Source: an uncultured Pseudomonadota bacterium
GTDB taxonomy: Bacteria; Pseudomonadota; Gammaproteobacteria; Burkholderiales; SG8-39
Direction: 5' to 3'
Length of the DNA stretch: 64,000 nucleotides
NCBI GenBank assembly: GCA_903829815.1
Contig: CAIKRR010000017.1
Coordinates: 18,502-82,501 of the forward strand
Position 1 is the stretch's first letter; every line of letters begins with the position of its first letter. The notes under the pieces are model-generated. The model had not been told where the DNA came from and searched no databases. It was given only the letters and a program-made list of their open reading frames with translations. The translations under genes and the position numbers were made by a program. Shown piece after piece: positions 21,047-30,447 of this stretch.

Positions 21047-22486
21047 TCAGAGTGCCTCGGCTGCGTGGTCGGCCAGGCGCGATCGTTCGCCACGCTGCAG
21101 GGTCACGTGTCCGCCGTGATCCCAGCCCCGAAAACGCTCGACCACGTAGGTGAGCCCGGAACTGCCCTCGGTGAGATAGGGGGTGTCGATCTGGGCGATA
21201 TTGCCCAGACACAGCACTTTGGTGCCTGGACCGGCGCGCGTAACCAGCGTCTTCATCTGCTTGGGGGTGAGGTTCTGTGCCTCGTCGATGATGAGAAACT
21301 TGTTGAGGAAAGTCCGTCCGCGCATGAAGTTCAGCGACTTGATGCGGATACGCGAGCGGATCAGATCTCGCGTGGCCGCGCGACCCCACTCGCCGGCAGC
21401 GCCATCGGTGGTGTTGAGCACTTCGAGATTGTCCTCGAGAGCGCCCATCCAGGGGGCCATCTTCTCCTCTTCGGTACCCGGCAGGAAGCCGATATCCTCA
21501 CCCACCGGTACGGTCACGCGCGTCATGATGATTTCGGTATAACGCTTGTCGTCAAGCACCTGCGCCAGGCCCGCGGCGAGCGCCAGCAGCGTCTTCCCGG
21601 TGCCCGCCTGTCCCAGCAGGGTGATGAAGTCCACGTCCGGATCCATGAGCAGGTTAAGCGCGAAGTTTTGTTCACGATTTCGGGCACTGACACCCCAGAC
21701 CGCATTGCGCGGGTTGCCGTAATCACGCACGGTTTCCAGCACCGCCAGGCCCGGTTCGACGCTGCGCACCCGGGCATTGAAGGCGTGCTCGCCCTCGGTG
21801 TAGACGAACTGGTTGATGTTGAGCTCTGCCGCGAGCGGGCTGCGCACCCGATAGAAGGTGGCGCCGTCTTTCTTCCAGGATTCGACCTCGCTCGTCTGCT
21901 GCTCCCAGAAGTCGGCACCGAGCAGGCGCGAACCGGCATAGAGCAGATCGGTATCCTCGAGCACCTGATCGTTGAAGTAATCCTCGGCAGCCAGACCAGC
22001 AGCACGCGCCTTGATGCGCATGTTGATGTCCTTGCTGACCAGAATCACCTGACGCTCGGCACGCCGCTTGTGCAGGCTGGCGACCACGCCGATGATGAGG
22101 TTATCGGCGCTGGCAATGGGAAGATTGGCCGGCAGCGGCTCTGCGATGGCCTCGGTCTGCAGGAACAGCAGGCCGGTGGCCGGGTCGGTTGCGTTGCGCT
22201 GCAGCGGCATTCCTTGCTCGATGGCTGCAGGGCCACGACTCATGACCTCTTCGATGAAGCGGCTTGCCTGGCGGGCATTGCGCGCGAGTTCGGAGACGCC
22301 TTTCTTGTTGCGATCGAGTTCCTCCAGCGTCTGCATCGGCAGGAAGATGTCATGTTCCTCGAACCGGAAGAGACTCGTCGGGTCGTGCAGCAGGACGTTG
22401 GTGTCGAGAACGAAGAGCCGCTGCTTGCGGCGGCTCTTGCGGGTGCGACTGCCGGTTTCACGAACCGCTGGGCGACGTGTTGTCAT
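21047..22486 (-). CDS. PIN-domain / PhoH-like ATPase
   Basis: N-terminal PIN (LFVLDTNVLLHDP ... LEELD). PhoH ATPase Walker A GQAGTGKT and FLIIDEAQN. Confidence 0.9.
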   Translation of the reverse strand: MTTRRPAVRETGSRTRKSRRKQRLFVLDTNVLLHDPTSLFRFEEHDIFLPMQTLEELDRNKKGVSELARNARQASRFIEEVMSRGPAAIEQGMPLQRNATDPATGLLFLQTEAIAEPLPANLPIASADNLIIGVVASLHKRRAERQVILVSKDINMRIKARAAGLAAEDYFNDQVLEDTDLLYAGSRLLGADFWEQQTSEVESWKKDGATFYRVRSPLAAELNINQFVYTEGEHAFNARVRSVEPGLAVLETVRDYGNPRNAVWGVSARNREQNFALNLLMDPDVDFITLLGQAGTGKTLLALAAGLAQVLDDKRYTEIIMTRVTVPVGEDIGFLPGTEEEKMAPWMGALEDNLEVLNTTDGAAGEWGRAATRDLIRSRIRIKSLNFMRGRTFLNKFLIIDEAQNLTPKQMKTLVTRAGPGTKVLCLGNIAQIDTPYLTEGSSGLTYVVERFRGWDHGGHVTLQRGERSRLADHAAEAL

Positions 22487-22498
22487 GGGATCTGAGGC

Positions 22499-22954
22499 TC
22501 AGAGCGCCTGCACGCAGGCGAGCACCTCGGCGACATGCCCGGGTACCTTGACCCCACGCCATTCGCGCAGGATGACACCGTGCCGATCGAGCACGAACGT
22601 GCTGCGTTCGATGCCGCGCACCTGCTTGCCGTACATGTTCTTCATCTTGATCACGCCAAAGAGATTGCAGGCCAGTTCTGCCTCGTCGCAGAGGAGGTCA
22701 AAGGGGAACTGCATCTTTGCCTTGAAGTTCTCGTGCGACTTCATGCTGTCGCGCGAGATGCCCAGCACCTTGCAGCCCGCCGCCTTGAACGACTCATGGG
22801 CATCGCGAAACTGCTCACCCTCGGTGGTGCAGCCCGGCGTGTTGTCCTTGGGGTAGAAGTAGAGCACCAGATGGCGCTCGGCCATTGCCGAAAGGCGGAA
22901 GGTCTGGCTGCCGGTGGCGGGAAGTTCGAAGTCCTGGACCGAGGTCGATGGCAT
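22499..22954 (-). CDS. bcp: thioredoxin-dependent thiol peroxidase (Bcp-type peroxiredoxin)
   Basis: Peroxidatic Cys motif FYPKDNTPGCTTE. 151 aa. Confidence 0.92.
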   Translation of the reverse strand: MPSTSVQDFELPATGSQTFRLSAMAERHLVLYFYPKDNTPGCTTEGEQFRDAHESFKAAGCKVLGISRDSMKSHENFKAKMQFPFDLLCDEAELACNLFGVIKMKNMYGKQVRGIERSTFVLDRHGVILREWRGVKVPGHVAEVLACVQAL

Positions 22955-23067
22955 GGTGTCTGGGGCGCCTGGAGGGGATGAGGCACATCAGGTCGATGTG
23001 TCGCTTGATTATGGCTTTTTCGATCGGCCGTTGCCACCGGGCGGCTGATCCGCAGGCCAGGCGCCGG

Positions 23068-24045
23068 TCAGCGACCCGCGCGCGACATGAGCGGGTTGGG
23101 AGCCTCGGGCCCGGGGCCCGGCCGGTCCGGATCGGCGAGGAACTCCTCACCCTGAACCAGCAGTTCGCCCGATCGACCGGGCACGCTGCCCATGGCCACG
23201 CAATGGCGCGGCAGCGATGCGAAGGGCATGCGGTTGGCGATGAAGCCCAGGCTCACCAGATCAAAGCCTTGCGCTCGCCAGCCCGCGAGCAGGGCGGCCA
23301 GCACGGGTGCGAGTTTCATGCCCTCGAGTTCGGCGTGCAGGGTGAAGACCTGCACCGGTCGCGGATCGGTCGCTGTCTGCTCGAGCAGTCGGGCCGCGAC
23401 ATTGCCGGTATCGACCCCATTGAGCCCTATCAGCTCGTCGAGCGTTGGCAGCGTCGTGGGCAGTTGCATGCAGCGAACCGGTTCGCCCTGCCAGACCGGC
23501 ATGAACGGGTGGGTACCGCGACAATCGGAGGCAAACTTGTAACCCAGCCCTTGGGTGAGTCGCAGGGCATGTCGATTCATCTGCCAGCCGGCCGCACCAT
23601 GCACCACGGGCGATTGCTCGAAGATCTCGCGGTATCGACTGACCGCCTGCTCCATTTCAAGGGCCGTCCAGGCGGGGTCTGCCCCGACGACCCCATCCTG
23701 CCAGCGCACATGGTCCCAAGTGTGCACACCGGTTTCAAAGCCGGCGGCCGCCACCTCGCGCATGATCGACGCAGCCTTGCGCCCGATGTCAGGGCCCGGG
23801 AGAAGCGTGCCGTAGAGCAGCGTCTTCAGGCCGTAGTGTTCGAGCACCGAGGTACGCGATACCTTTTTCAGAAACCCTGGACGAAATGCCCGTCGCAGTG
23901 CGCGTCCGGTATGGTCGGGCCCGAGACTGAACAGAAAGGTGGCACCCGCCTCGTGTTGTCGCAACAAGTCGACCAGACGCGGAACGCCCTCGCGAGTGCC
24001 GCGCAGCGTGTCCACGTCGATCTTCAGAGCAAGACGGCGTTGCAT
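23068..24045 (-). CDS. arnD: 4-deoxy-4-formamido-L-arabinose-phosphoundecaprenol deformylase ArnD
   Basis: LKIDVDTLRGTREGVPRLVDLL ... FLFSLGPD. It is the last gene of the arn operon. Confidence 0.88.
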   Translation of the reverse strand: MQRRLALKIDVDTLRGTREGVPRLVDLLRQHEAGATFLFSLGPDHTGRALRRAFRPGFLKKVSRTSVLEHYGLKTLLYGTLLPGPDIGRKAASIMREVAAAGFETGVHTWDHVRWQDGVVGADPAWTALEMEQAVSRYREIFEQSPVVHGAAGWQMNRHALRLTQGLGYKFASDCRGTHPFMPVWQGEPVRCMQLPTTLPTLDELIGLNGVDTGNVAARLLEQTATDPRPVQVFTLHAELEGMKLAPVLAALLAGWRAQGFDLVSLGFIANRMPFASLPRHCVAMGSVPGRSGELLVQGEEFLADPDRPGPGPEAPNPLMSRAGR

Positions 24046-24094
24046 GAGGCTTTCAGCCTGTGCTGGCGGCGGGAGGGGCGCGAGCGTCTCCGCC

Positions 24095-25138
24095 TCAGTC
24101 CATCAGATTGCGAGCCTCGCGCACTTGCCCGCGGTAGGACTCGAAAATACGTTCGAGGGCGTCCTTCATGTCGACCTTCGGTGCCCAGTCCAGATCATGC
24201 ATCGTGTTGGTAATCTTGGGCACACGGTTCTGCACGTCCTGGTAACCACTGCCGTAGTACTTGCCAGCGGTGGTGTCGACCAGACTGACCTTGGCAGCCT
24301 GCTCGGCATATTCCGGGATTGCGGCTGCCATTTCCAGCATCATCTCGGCGAGCTGGCGAACCGAATAGTTGTTCTTCGGGTTGCCGATATTGTAGATCTG
24401 GCCGCTGGCCACGCCACCCGGATTGGCGATGATGCGCACCAGCGCGTCGATGCCATCATCGACATAGGTGAAGGCACGCTTCTGGGCGCCGCCATCGACC
24501 AGCTGGATATTCTCGCCGCGCACGATGTGCCCGAGAAACTGGGTGATGACGCGCGAGGAGCCTTCCTTGGCCGTGTTGATCGAGTCCAGGCCCGAGCCGA
24601 TCCAGTTGAACGGCCTGAACAGGGTGAAGTCCAGCTTCTGCTCCATGCCGTAGCCCCAGATCACCCGATCCATCAGTTGCTTGGCGCACGAGTAGATCCA
24701 GCGCGGCTTGTTGATCGGCCCCAGCACCAGCGAGGAGTTTTCCGGATCGAACTCGGCGTCGGTCGACATGCCGTAGACCTCGGATGTCGACGGGAAGATG
24801 AGCCGTTTGCCGTACTTCACGCACTGTCTGACGATGGGCAGATTGGCCTCGAAGTCCAGTTCGAACACCCGCAGTGGCTCACGCACATAGGTGGCCGGCG
24901 TGGCGATTGCCACCAGGGGCAGCACGGTGTCGCACTTGCGCACGTGGTATTCGATCCACTCCTTGTTGATGGTGATGTCACCTTCGAAGAAGTGGAACCG
25001 CTTGTCATCGAGCAGGCCGCTGATGCGCTCGGTCGCCATGTCCATGCCATAGACTTCCCAGTCGGTGCTCGCCAGGATGCGGTTCGACAGGTGATGTCCG
25101 ATGAAGCCGTTGACGCCGAGGATGAGGATCTTTTTCAT
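24095..25138 (-). CDS. arnA: UDP-glucuronic acid oxidative decarboxylase (stand-alone ArnA C-terminal dehydrogenase domain)
   Basis: MKKILILGVNGFIGHHL (Rossmann fold), STSEVYG and YSCAKQ (catalytic S/Y/K). 347 aa, with close resemblance to the ArnA C-domain. Confidence 0.9.
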   Translation of the reverse strand: MKKILILGVNGFIGHHLSNRILASTDWEVYGMDMATERISGLLDDKRFHFFEGDITINKEWIEYHVRKCDTVLPLVAIATPATYVREPLRVFELDFEANLPIVRQCVKYGKRLIFPSTSEVYGMSTDAEFDPENSSLVLGPINKPRWIYSCAKQLMDRVIWGYGMEQKLDFTLFRPFNWIGSGLDSINTAKEGSSRVITQFLGHIVRGENIQLVDGGAQKRAFTYVDDGIDALVRIIANPGGVASGQIYNIGNPKNNYSVRQLAEMMLEMAAAIPEYAEQAAKVSLVDTTAGKYYGSGYQDVQNRVPKITNTMHDLDWAPKVDMKDALERIFESYRGQVREARNLMD

Positions 25139-25158
25139 GGTGTGGGCGGTCGTTCTGG

Positions 25159-26109
25159 TCAGTGGTTCGAGGAGAGGGGAAGGGTCTGCGTGCCGAAGCG
25201 AGCGAGGAGGTGGCCTGCATCGAGTGGTGCGCCATCGAATTCGGCCTCGAGCACTCCCAGCCGAGCGCCGTCCGCACAGCGCAGCCAGAGCTTACCTGCA
25301 TGGGCGAGGAGGGCGGGGGCGGCGTTCACAAGCGGTGATTGATCCGGCGGCTGTGCCGGCCACCAGGTACGCAGGATACGCAGTTCGCCGCCCTGCAGCG
25401 GCAGGAAGGCGCCCGGATAGGGCGGGGCGACTGCCCGCACCAGATTGTGGATAGCCCATGCATCCGCAGCGAGGTCGATCAGGCCATCGGCGGGCTTTCG
25501 TCCCTTGAAATAGCCACCCTCGGCCAGATTCTGCGGACGCATCACGGCGCGTCCGGCCACCAGGGCGCCCAGGGAGCGCTCGAGCACCATCTCGGCGGCC
25601 ACGCTCACCTTGCCGAACACCTGGTGTGCAGTGTCGTTGTCCAGAATCGGCACGGCTTGCTGATCGACGATGTCACCGGCGTCAGCGCGCGCAACCATCG
25701 CATGCAGCGTCGCCCCCGCATGGCGCTCGCCGCGCAATACCGCCCAGTTGACCGGCACGCGCCCTCGGTACTGGGGCAGCAGCGAACCGTGCATGTTGAA
25801 GGCACCACGGCGCCCCAGCGCGAGCATCGCCTCGGGCAGCATCTGGCGGTAGTAGAAGGAAAATACGAAGTCGACACCCTGCGAGGGCAGGCGCGCAACG
25901 ATGTCGGCAAGATCGGGTTGCCCAGGCGTGATGCACGGGATGCCGGCACGGGCACACAGTGCCGAGACACTGCCGAACCAGATGTTCTCGCCAGCAGCAT
26001 CCTCATGGCTCACCACCAGACTCACTTCGACGCCGCGCGAGATGAGGACAGACAGGCAGCGGACCCCGACCTCGTGGTATCCGAAAACCAGTGCGCGCGG
26101 GCGTGTCAT
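25159..26109 (-). CDS. arnA: UDP-4-amino-4-deoxy-L-arabinose formyltransferase (stand-alone ArnA N-terminal domain)
   Basis: Formyltransferase motif NMHGSLLPQYRGRVPVNWAV. Start overlaps the arnC stop as ATGA. Confidence 0.88.
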   Translation of the reverse strand: MTRPRALVFGYHEVGVRCLSVLISRGVEVSLVVSHEDAAGENIWFGSVSALCARAGIPCITPGQPDLADIVARLPSQGVDFVFSFYYRQMLPEAMLALGRRGAFNMHGSLLPQYRGRVPVNWAVLRGERHAGATLHAMVARADAGDIVDQQAVPILDNDTAHQVFGKVSVAAEMVLERSLGALVAGRAVMRPQNLAEGGYFKGRKPADGLIDLAADAWAIHNLVRAVAPPYPGAFLPLQGGELRILRTWWPAQPPDQSPLVNAAPALLAHAGKLWLRCADGARLGVLEAEFDGAPLDAGHLLARFGTQTLPLSSNH

Positions 26110-27098
26110 GCGCCGCCGGGTTGCTGGAACGCGCCTGCCAGAAGTGGCAGTTGTTCGCCACTGCCAGCCGCCTTTTGCTCGAGGATTGCCTGGACCACAT
26201 AGCGGGGCCGCGCGCGCACCTGTTGATAGATGCGGCCGACATACTCGCCCAGCAGTCCGATGCCGGTGAGTGCGAGGCCGATGAGGAGGAAGGCGATGCC
26301 AAAGAGCGTGAAGAGGCCTTCGGCTTCCGGCCCGAGAAAGAGGCGACGCCAGGCGAGGATGAGGACGAAGACGAGCGATACCGCCGACACGGTGAACCCT
26401 ACCAGCGAGAACACCTGCAGGGGCACAACCGAGAATCCGGTAACCAGATCGAAGTTCAGCCGGATCAGGCGATAGAGCGAATACTTGGTTTCGCCGGCTG
26501 CGCGTTCCTCGTGTTCGACTTCAATTTCGGTCGGATTGTGGGCAAAGGTGTAGGCCAGTGCCGGGATGAAGGTATTCACTTCGCCGCACTGATTGATCGC
26601 ATCGATGATCGTTCGACTGTAGGCCCGCATCATGCAGCCCTGGTCGGTCATCTGGATGTCGGTGATGCGCTCGCGCAGTCGGTTCATCGCGCGCGAGGCA
26701 TAGCGTCGCCAGGCAATGTCCTGGCGCTTGCGCCGGATGGTGCCGACGTAGTCGTGCCCCTCGTTCATCGCCGCGAGCAGGTTCGCGATTTCCTCGGGCG
26801 GATTCTGCAGGTCGGCATCCAGCGTGATCACCCGTTCGCCACGGCTGTGCTCGAACCCGGCGAGGATGGCCAGATGCTGTCCGTAGTTGCCGTTGAACAG
26901 CACGACGCGGGTGACCGCTGGGCGCACGCTGAACTGTTCGCGCAGCAGCGCCGCCGAGCGGTCGCGGCTGCCGTCGTTGACGAACACGATCTCGTAGTTC
27001 AGATCGAGCGCATCCAAGGCCGGATAAAGCCGTGCAAACAGGCTCGGCAGACCGGCTTCCTCGTTGTAGACCGGTATCACTACGGAAAGATCGATCAT
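26106..27098 (-). CDS. arnC: undecaprenyl-phosphate 4-deoxy-4-formamido-L-arabinose transferase ArnC
   Basis: GT2 N-terminus MIDLSVVIPVYNEE...FVNDGSRD...DADLQNPPEE and two C-terminal TM helices. The true ATG at 27098 overlaps the arnB stop (ATGA). The 543-aa ORF in the track is an upstream extension. Confidence 0.9.
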   Translation of the reverse strand: MIDLSVVIPVYNEEAGLPSLFARLYPALDALDLNYEIVFVNDGSRDRSAALLREQFSVRPAVTRVVLFNGNYGQHLAILAGFEHSRGERVITLDADLQNPPEEIANLLAAMNEGHDYVGTIRRKRQDIAWRRYASRAMNRLRERITDIQMTDQGCMMRAYSRTIIDAINQCGEVNTFIPALAYTFAHNPTEIEVEHEERAAGETKYSLYRLIRLNFDLVTGFSVVPLQVFSLVGFTVSAVSLVFVLILAWRRLFLGPEAEGLFTLFGIAFLLIGLALTGIGLLGEYVGRIYQQVRARPRYVVQAILEQKAAGSGEQLPLLAGAFQQPGGA

Positions 27099-28225
27099 CG
27101 ACTGGCCTCCTCGATCGCGCGCGGCAGTGCGGCGCAGACCCGTTCGACATCGGCTTCGGTCATGCGCGGAAACAGGGGCAGGGTCACGATGCCACGACCG
27201 ATGCGCTCGGCATGGGGAAACTGCCCCTCGCCAAATCCCAGCTTGCGGTACAGAGTAAAAAGATGAATGGCCGGATAGTGCACGCCGATGCCGATGCCCT
27301 GCTCGCGCATGGCGCGGATGAAGTCGGGGCGTCGCGCGGAGGCGGGCAGCACGCACTGGAACATATGCCAGTTGGACTGTACGAAGTCGGCTACGGGCTG
27401 TTCGAATCTGTCGGGCAATGCGGTGGACGCGAGCGATGAAAAGTAGTGACGCGCCAGTGTTCGCCGGCGTTCGGTGAAGGCATCGAGTCGTTTCAGCTGG
27501 TGCCGTCCGATACAGGCCGCGACATCGGTGAGATTGGCCTTTTCGCCGACAAATTCGACATCGATCTGGTCTTCGCCCGAGCGGAGCACGCCTTGCAATC
27601 GCCAGCGTTCGGTTTCCTCGGGGCTGGCATCGGCCGGCAGCACGATTGCCCCACCTTCGGTGCTGGTGATGTTCTTGTTGGCATGGAAGCTGAAACAGGT
27701 GAAATCGCCGGCTGCGCCGATGCGTCGGCCCTGCCATGTGGTGCCAAAAGCCTGGCAGGCGTCCTCGACGACACGCAAGCGGTACTGCCGGGCGATCGAC
27801 TCGAGCCGGTTGCGGTCAACCGGCAGGCCGGCCAGGTCCACCGGGATGATGGCGCGGGTGGCGCTGGTGATCGCCGCTTCGACCCGGTCGAGGTCGATGT
27901 TGCGAGTCACCGGGTCGATGTCGACAAAGACGGGTCGTGCACCCACGGCAAGGATCACGTTGGCCGTTGCCACCCAGGACAGCGGGGTGGTGATCACCTC
28001 GTCGCCGGGGCCGACGCGAGCCAGGCGCAACGCGATCTCGAGCGCGGCGGTACCCGAGTTGAAGACTCGCACCTCGCGTCCGCCACACCAGGCCGAGAGT
28101 TCGGCCTCGAATGCACGGGCCTGGGGGCCGGTGGTGATCCAGCCTGAGCGCAGAACCTCGCCGACTGCGGCGATGGTGTCCTCATCGATATCGGGGCGGG
28201 TAAAGGGCAGAAAGTCGGGGCTCAT
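27095..28225 (-). CDS. arnB: UDP-4-amino-4-deoxy-L-arabinose--oxoglutarate aminotransferase ArnB
   Basis: DegT/DnrJ/EryC1-family protein (FLPFTRPDIDEDTIAAVGEVLRSGWITTGP; FSFHANKNITS with the PLP lysine). Start overlaps the arnT stop as ATGA. Confidence 0.9.
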   Translation of the reverse strand: MSPDFLPFTRPDIDEDTIAAVGEVLRSGWITTGPQARAFEAELSAWCGGREVRVFNSGTAALEIALRLARVGPGDEVITTPLSWVATANVILAVGARPVFVDIDPVTRNIDLDRVEAAITSATRAIIPVDLAGLPVDRNRLESIARQYRLRVVEDACQAFGTTWQGRRIGAAGDFTCFSFHANKNITSTEGGAIVLPADASPEETERWRLQGVLRSGEDQIDVEFVGEKANLTDVAACIGRHQLKRLDAFTERRRTLARHYFSSLASTALPDRFEQPVADFVQSNWHMFQCVLPASARRPDFIRAMREQGIGIGVHYPAIHLFTLYRKLGFGEGQFPHAERIGRGIVTLPLFPRMTEADVERVCAALPRAIEEASR

Positions 28226-29964
28226 GGCTTGCTCACGATGACGCGACGCGGGTCGCGTGCGACCTGGGCCATGGGTAGGCCGGCCTGCTCGAAACGGCTG
28301 AATTGTTCGGCGGTCATCAGCGCGAGCGCGTGCGGTGCTGCGCGCCAGGCCTGCTCGAAGCGGGCAAGGTCGGGCAGGAAGGGGCCGGGTTCGCGGTCGA
28401 TCGGCACTGCCATTTCATCCTTGTAGCCAACCATGATGAGTGTCCGACCGGCATAGAAGGGCATCGTGTGATCGTAGGTGTCCACCGAATAGAACGGCGT
28501 GTCAGGGGTGAGCAGGGGGCGGATGCCGAGGGCCGTATGATACGACGAGTAGAGCGGCGCAAGGCTCTCGTGACCCGAGAGCGCGAGCTGGCTGGCGAGG
28601 AGTGATCCGGCGGCCAGCGTGATGATGGCGCCCACTCGTCTGGCCGTTCGATCCAGATGGCCAGCGATGAGGCCGGCTGCCGCGAGGGCCACACCGGCAC
28701 CGATCAGCCAGGGCTCGTAGCGACCGAGCAGTTCGGCCGGGATGTGGCGCGAACCACGCTCGACCATCACCACCGTTGCACCGGCCAGCGCCACACCGGC
28801 CAGGGTGTTCGAGGCGGCGAGCCAGCCAAAGGCGCGGCGTCCCAGTCCGGGGAGGGTGAGCGCAAGCAACACCGCCAGTGCGGGGTAGATCGGCAGGATG
28901 TAGGACTCGAGCTTTGAATGCGAGAGCGAGAAGAAGCAAAAGCTCACGACCACCCACAGACCGAGGAAACCGGCCGGGTCGAAGCGCTGGACGCTGCGCG
29001 GCCAGGCCGCCTTCAATGCGGCCGGCAGCGCGAGCGTCCAGGGCATCAGACCGCCGATGAGGACGGGCACGAAGAACCACAACGGTGCATTGCGCCCGTG
29101 CATCGGGGTCAGAAACCGCGACAGGTGTTCCTGGATGAAGAAGAACTGGAGGAATTCCGGATTGCGTCCGGCCACCAGCACAAACCAGGGCGCGGTGATG
29201 ACGATGAACAGCGCTCCTCCGGCGATCGGCCGCGACCGCCGGATGATGTCCCAGTCGCGGCGCCACAGCATGTAGAGGCCTATCGTGGCTGCCGGCAGGG
29301 CCATTGCGACGATGCCCTTGCTGAGGGTCGCCAGTGCCGCACAGGCCCAGGCCGCCATCATCCAGCGCGGGTCGGTCAAGGGGCGCACCGCGGCGGCACT
29401 GCCGGCGGTTGCAGTGGCGCCTGCAGTCCGAAGCCGCCCAGCGTCACGGCCCGGCGCGGATCGGGACGGATGCGGTCCGTGTGCTGCACAGAACGCCGCA
29501 ATGGCCGCCGAGAGGAAGGCCGCCAGTGACATGTCCAGTGACGAGAAGTGGCCCATGGCCACCCATTGCAGCGTGCCACCAAGGATGACCGCAGCCAGGG
29601 TGGCAACGCGTACGTCCCAGATCCGGCGCGCCGCGAAAAAGGTGAATGCGATCCCCATCAAACCACAGAGCGCGGTCCACAGGCGTGCGGTCCACTCGTG
29701 GATGCCGAACAGTTCGAAGGCGGTTGCGGTGGCCCAGTATTGCAGCGGCGGTTTCTCGAAGTACTTGTAGCCGTTCTGGCGTGGCGTGATCCAGTCGCCA
29801 GAGACCACCATCTCGCGCGCGATCTCGGCGTAGCGACCCTCGTCGGTGCGTATGAGATGACGGTAGTCCAGGTTGCAGAACCAGACGAGGAGAAACAGGG
29901 CGATGCCGACCCAGGCCGCCTGGCTGCCGCGCAGGGCGCCCTTTGGCCCGGGGGCTGTGCTCAC
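28222..29964 (-). CDS. arnT: 4-amino-4-deoxy-L-arabinose lipid A transferase ArnT (GT39/GT83-type)
   Basis: 580-aa polytopic membrane protein with N-terminal DEGRYAEIAREM and YFEKPPLQYW motifs. GTG start overlaps the upstream gene stop (GTGA). Confidence 0.85.
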   Translation of the reverse strand: MSTAPGPKGALRGSQAAWVGIALFLLVWFCNLDYRHLIRTDEGRYAEIAREMVVSGDWITPRQNGYKYFEKPPLQYWATATAFELFGIHEWTARLWTALCGLMGIAFTFFAARRIWDVRVATLAAVILGGTLQWVAMGHFSSLDMSLAAFLSAAIAAFCAAHGPHPSRSAPGRDAGRLRTAGATATAGSAAAVRPLTDPRWMMAAWACAALATLSKGIVAMALPAATIGLYMLWRRDWDIIRRSRPIAGGALFIVITAPWFVLVAGRNPEFLQFFFIQEHLSRFLTPMHGRNAPLWFFVPVLIGGLMPWTLALPAALKAAWPRSVQRFDPAGFLGLWVVVSFCFFSLSHSKLESYILPIYPALAVLLALTLPGLGRRAFGWLAASNTLAGVALAGATVVMVERGSRHIPAELLGRYEPWLIGAGVALAAAGLIAGHLDRTARRVGAIITLAAGSLLASQLALSGHESLAPLYSSYHTALGIRPLLTPDTPFYSVDTYDHTMPFYAGRTLIMVGYKDEMAVPIDREPGPFLPDLARFEQAWRAAPHALALMTAEQFSRFEQAGLPMAQVARDPRRVIVSKP

Positions 29965-30407
29965 CGCAGCACGACCGCTGCGGCCACCTTGCGATCTTCG
30001 GCAACGAGGATGTTGTAGGTCCGGCAGGCCGCTGGCGTGCTCATGGCCTCGACACCGATGCCGGCCTCGATGAGCGCACGCAGCAGCGCCGGTGCCGGAA
30101 AGCGCTGACGCTGACCCGTGCCGAGCAGCAGGATCTCGCAGCCCAGTGGCAGTACAAGCGTGAGATCATCGGCCGTGATGGCGTCGAACTGCTCGGGACG
30201 CCAGGGTGAGATGAGATCTGTGCGAGTCACGATGACGCTGCAGGCATGCGGTACCCGATCGATCACCAGTTGATCGATCTCGCAGGCATTGAAAAGGTGC
30301 GCCCCCTCGGCGCCCGCCAGATGCAGTTTCACGTGCGGCTGTCTTCCCTGGGTGGAATAGCGACTGAAGATTGCGCTGGTGGATTGCGACAAGCGCTTGC
30401 AAAACAT
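29961..30407 (-). CDS. Mth938-like (DUF498) domain protein; start ambiguous (ATG 30407 or GTG 30332)
   Basis: C-terminal motif LLLGTGQRQRFP ... GIGVEAMSTPAACRTYNILVAEDRKVAAAVVL is typical of the Mth938/NDUFAF3-like family. Homologs usually begin near the KLHL sequence, which favours the GTG at 30332. Confidence 0.75.
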   Translation of the reverse strand: MFCKRLSQSTSAIFSRYSTQGRQPHVKLHLAGAEGAHLFNACEIDQLVIDRVPHACSVIVTRTDLISPWRPEQFDAITADDLTLVLPLGCEILLLGTGQRQRFPAPALLRALIEAGIGVEAMSTPAACRTYNILVAEDRKVAAAVVLR

Positions 30408-30447
30408 ACAATTATAGCTTTACCTACACCTACCGCTGGGGCCGCGC

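Noticed and set aside
20897-22495. 532-aa plus-strand ORF overlapping the PIN-PhoH gene
   Set aside because: It is antisense to a clearly conserved PhoH-like ATPase (Walker A GQAGTGKT on the minus strand). It has no family resemblance and a low-complexity composition.
27099-27737. N-terminal 213-aa extension of the arnC ORF (the track ORF 26106-27737)
   Set aside because: The extension overlaps arnB out of frame and is Arg/Pro-rich. The GT2 domain starts at MIDLSVVIPVYNEE, whose ATG (27098) overlaps the arnB stop as ATGA.
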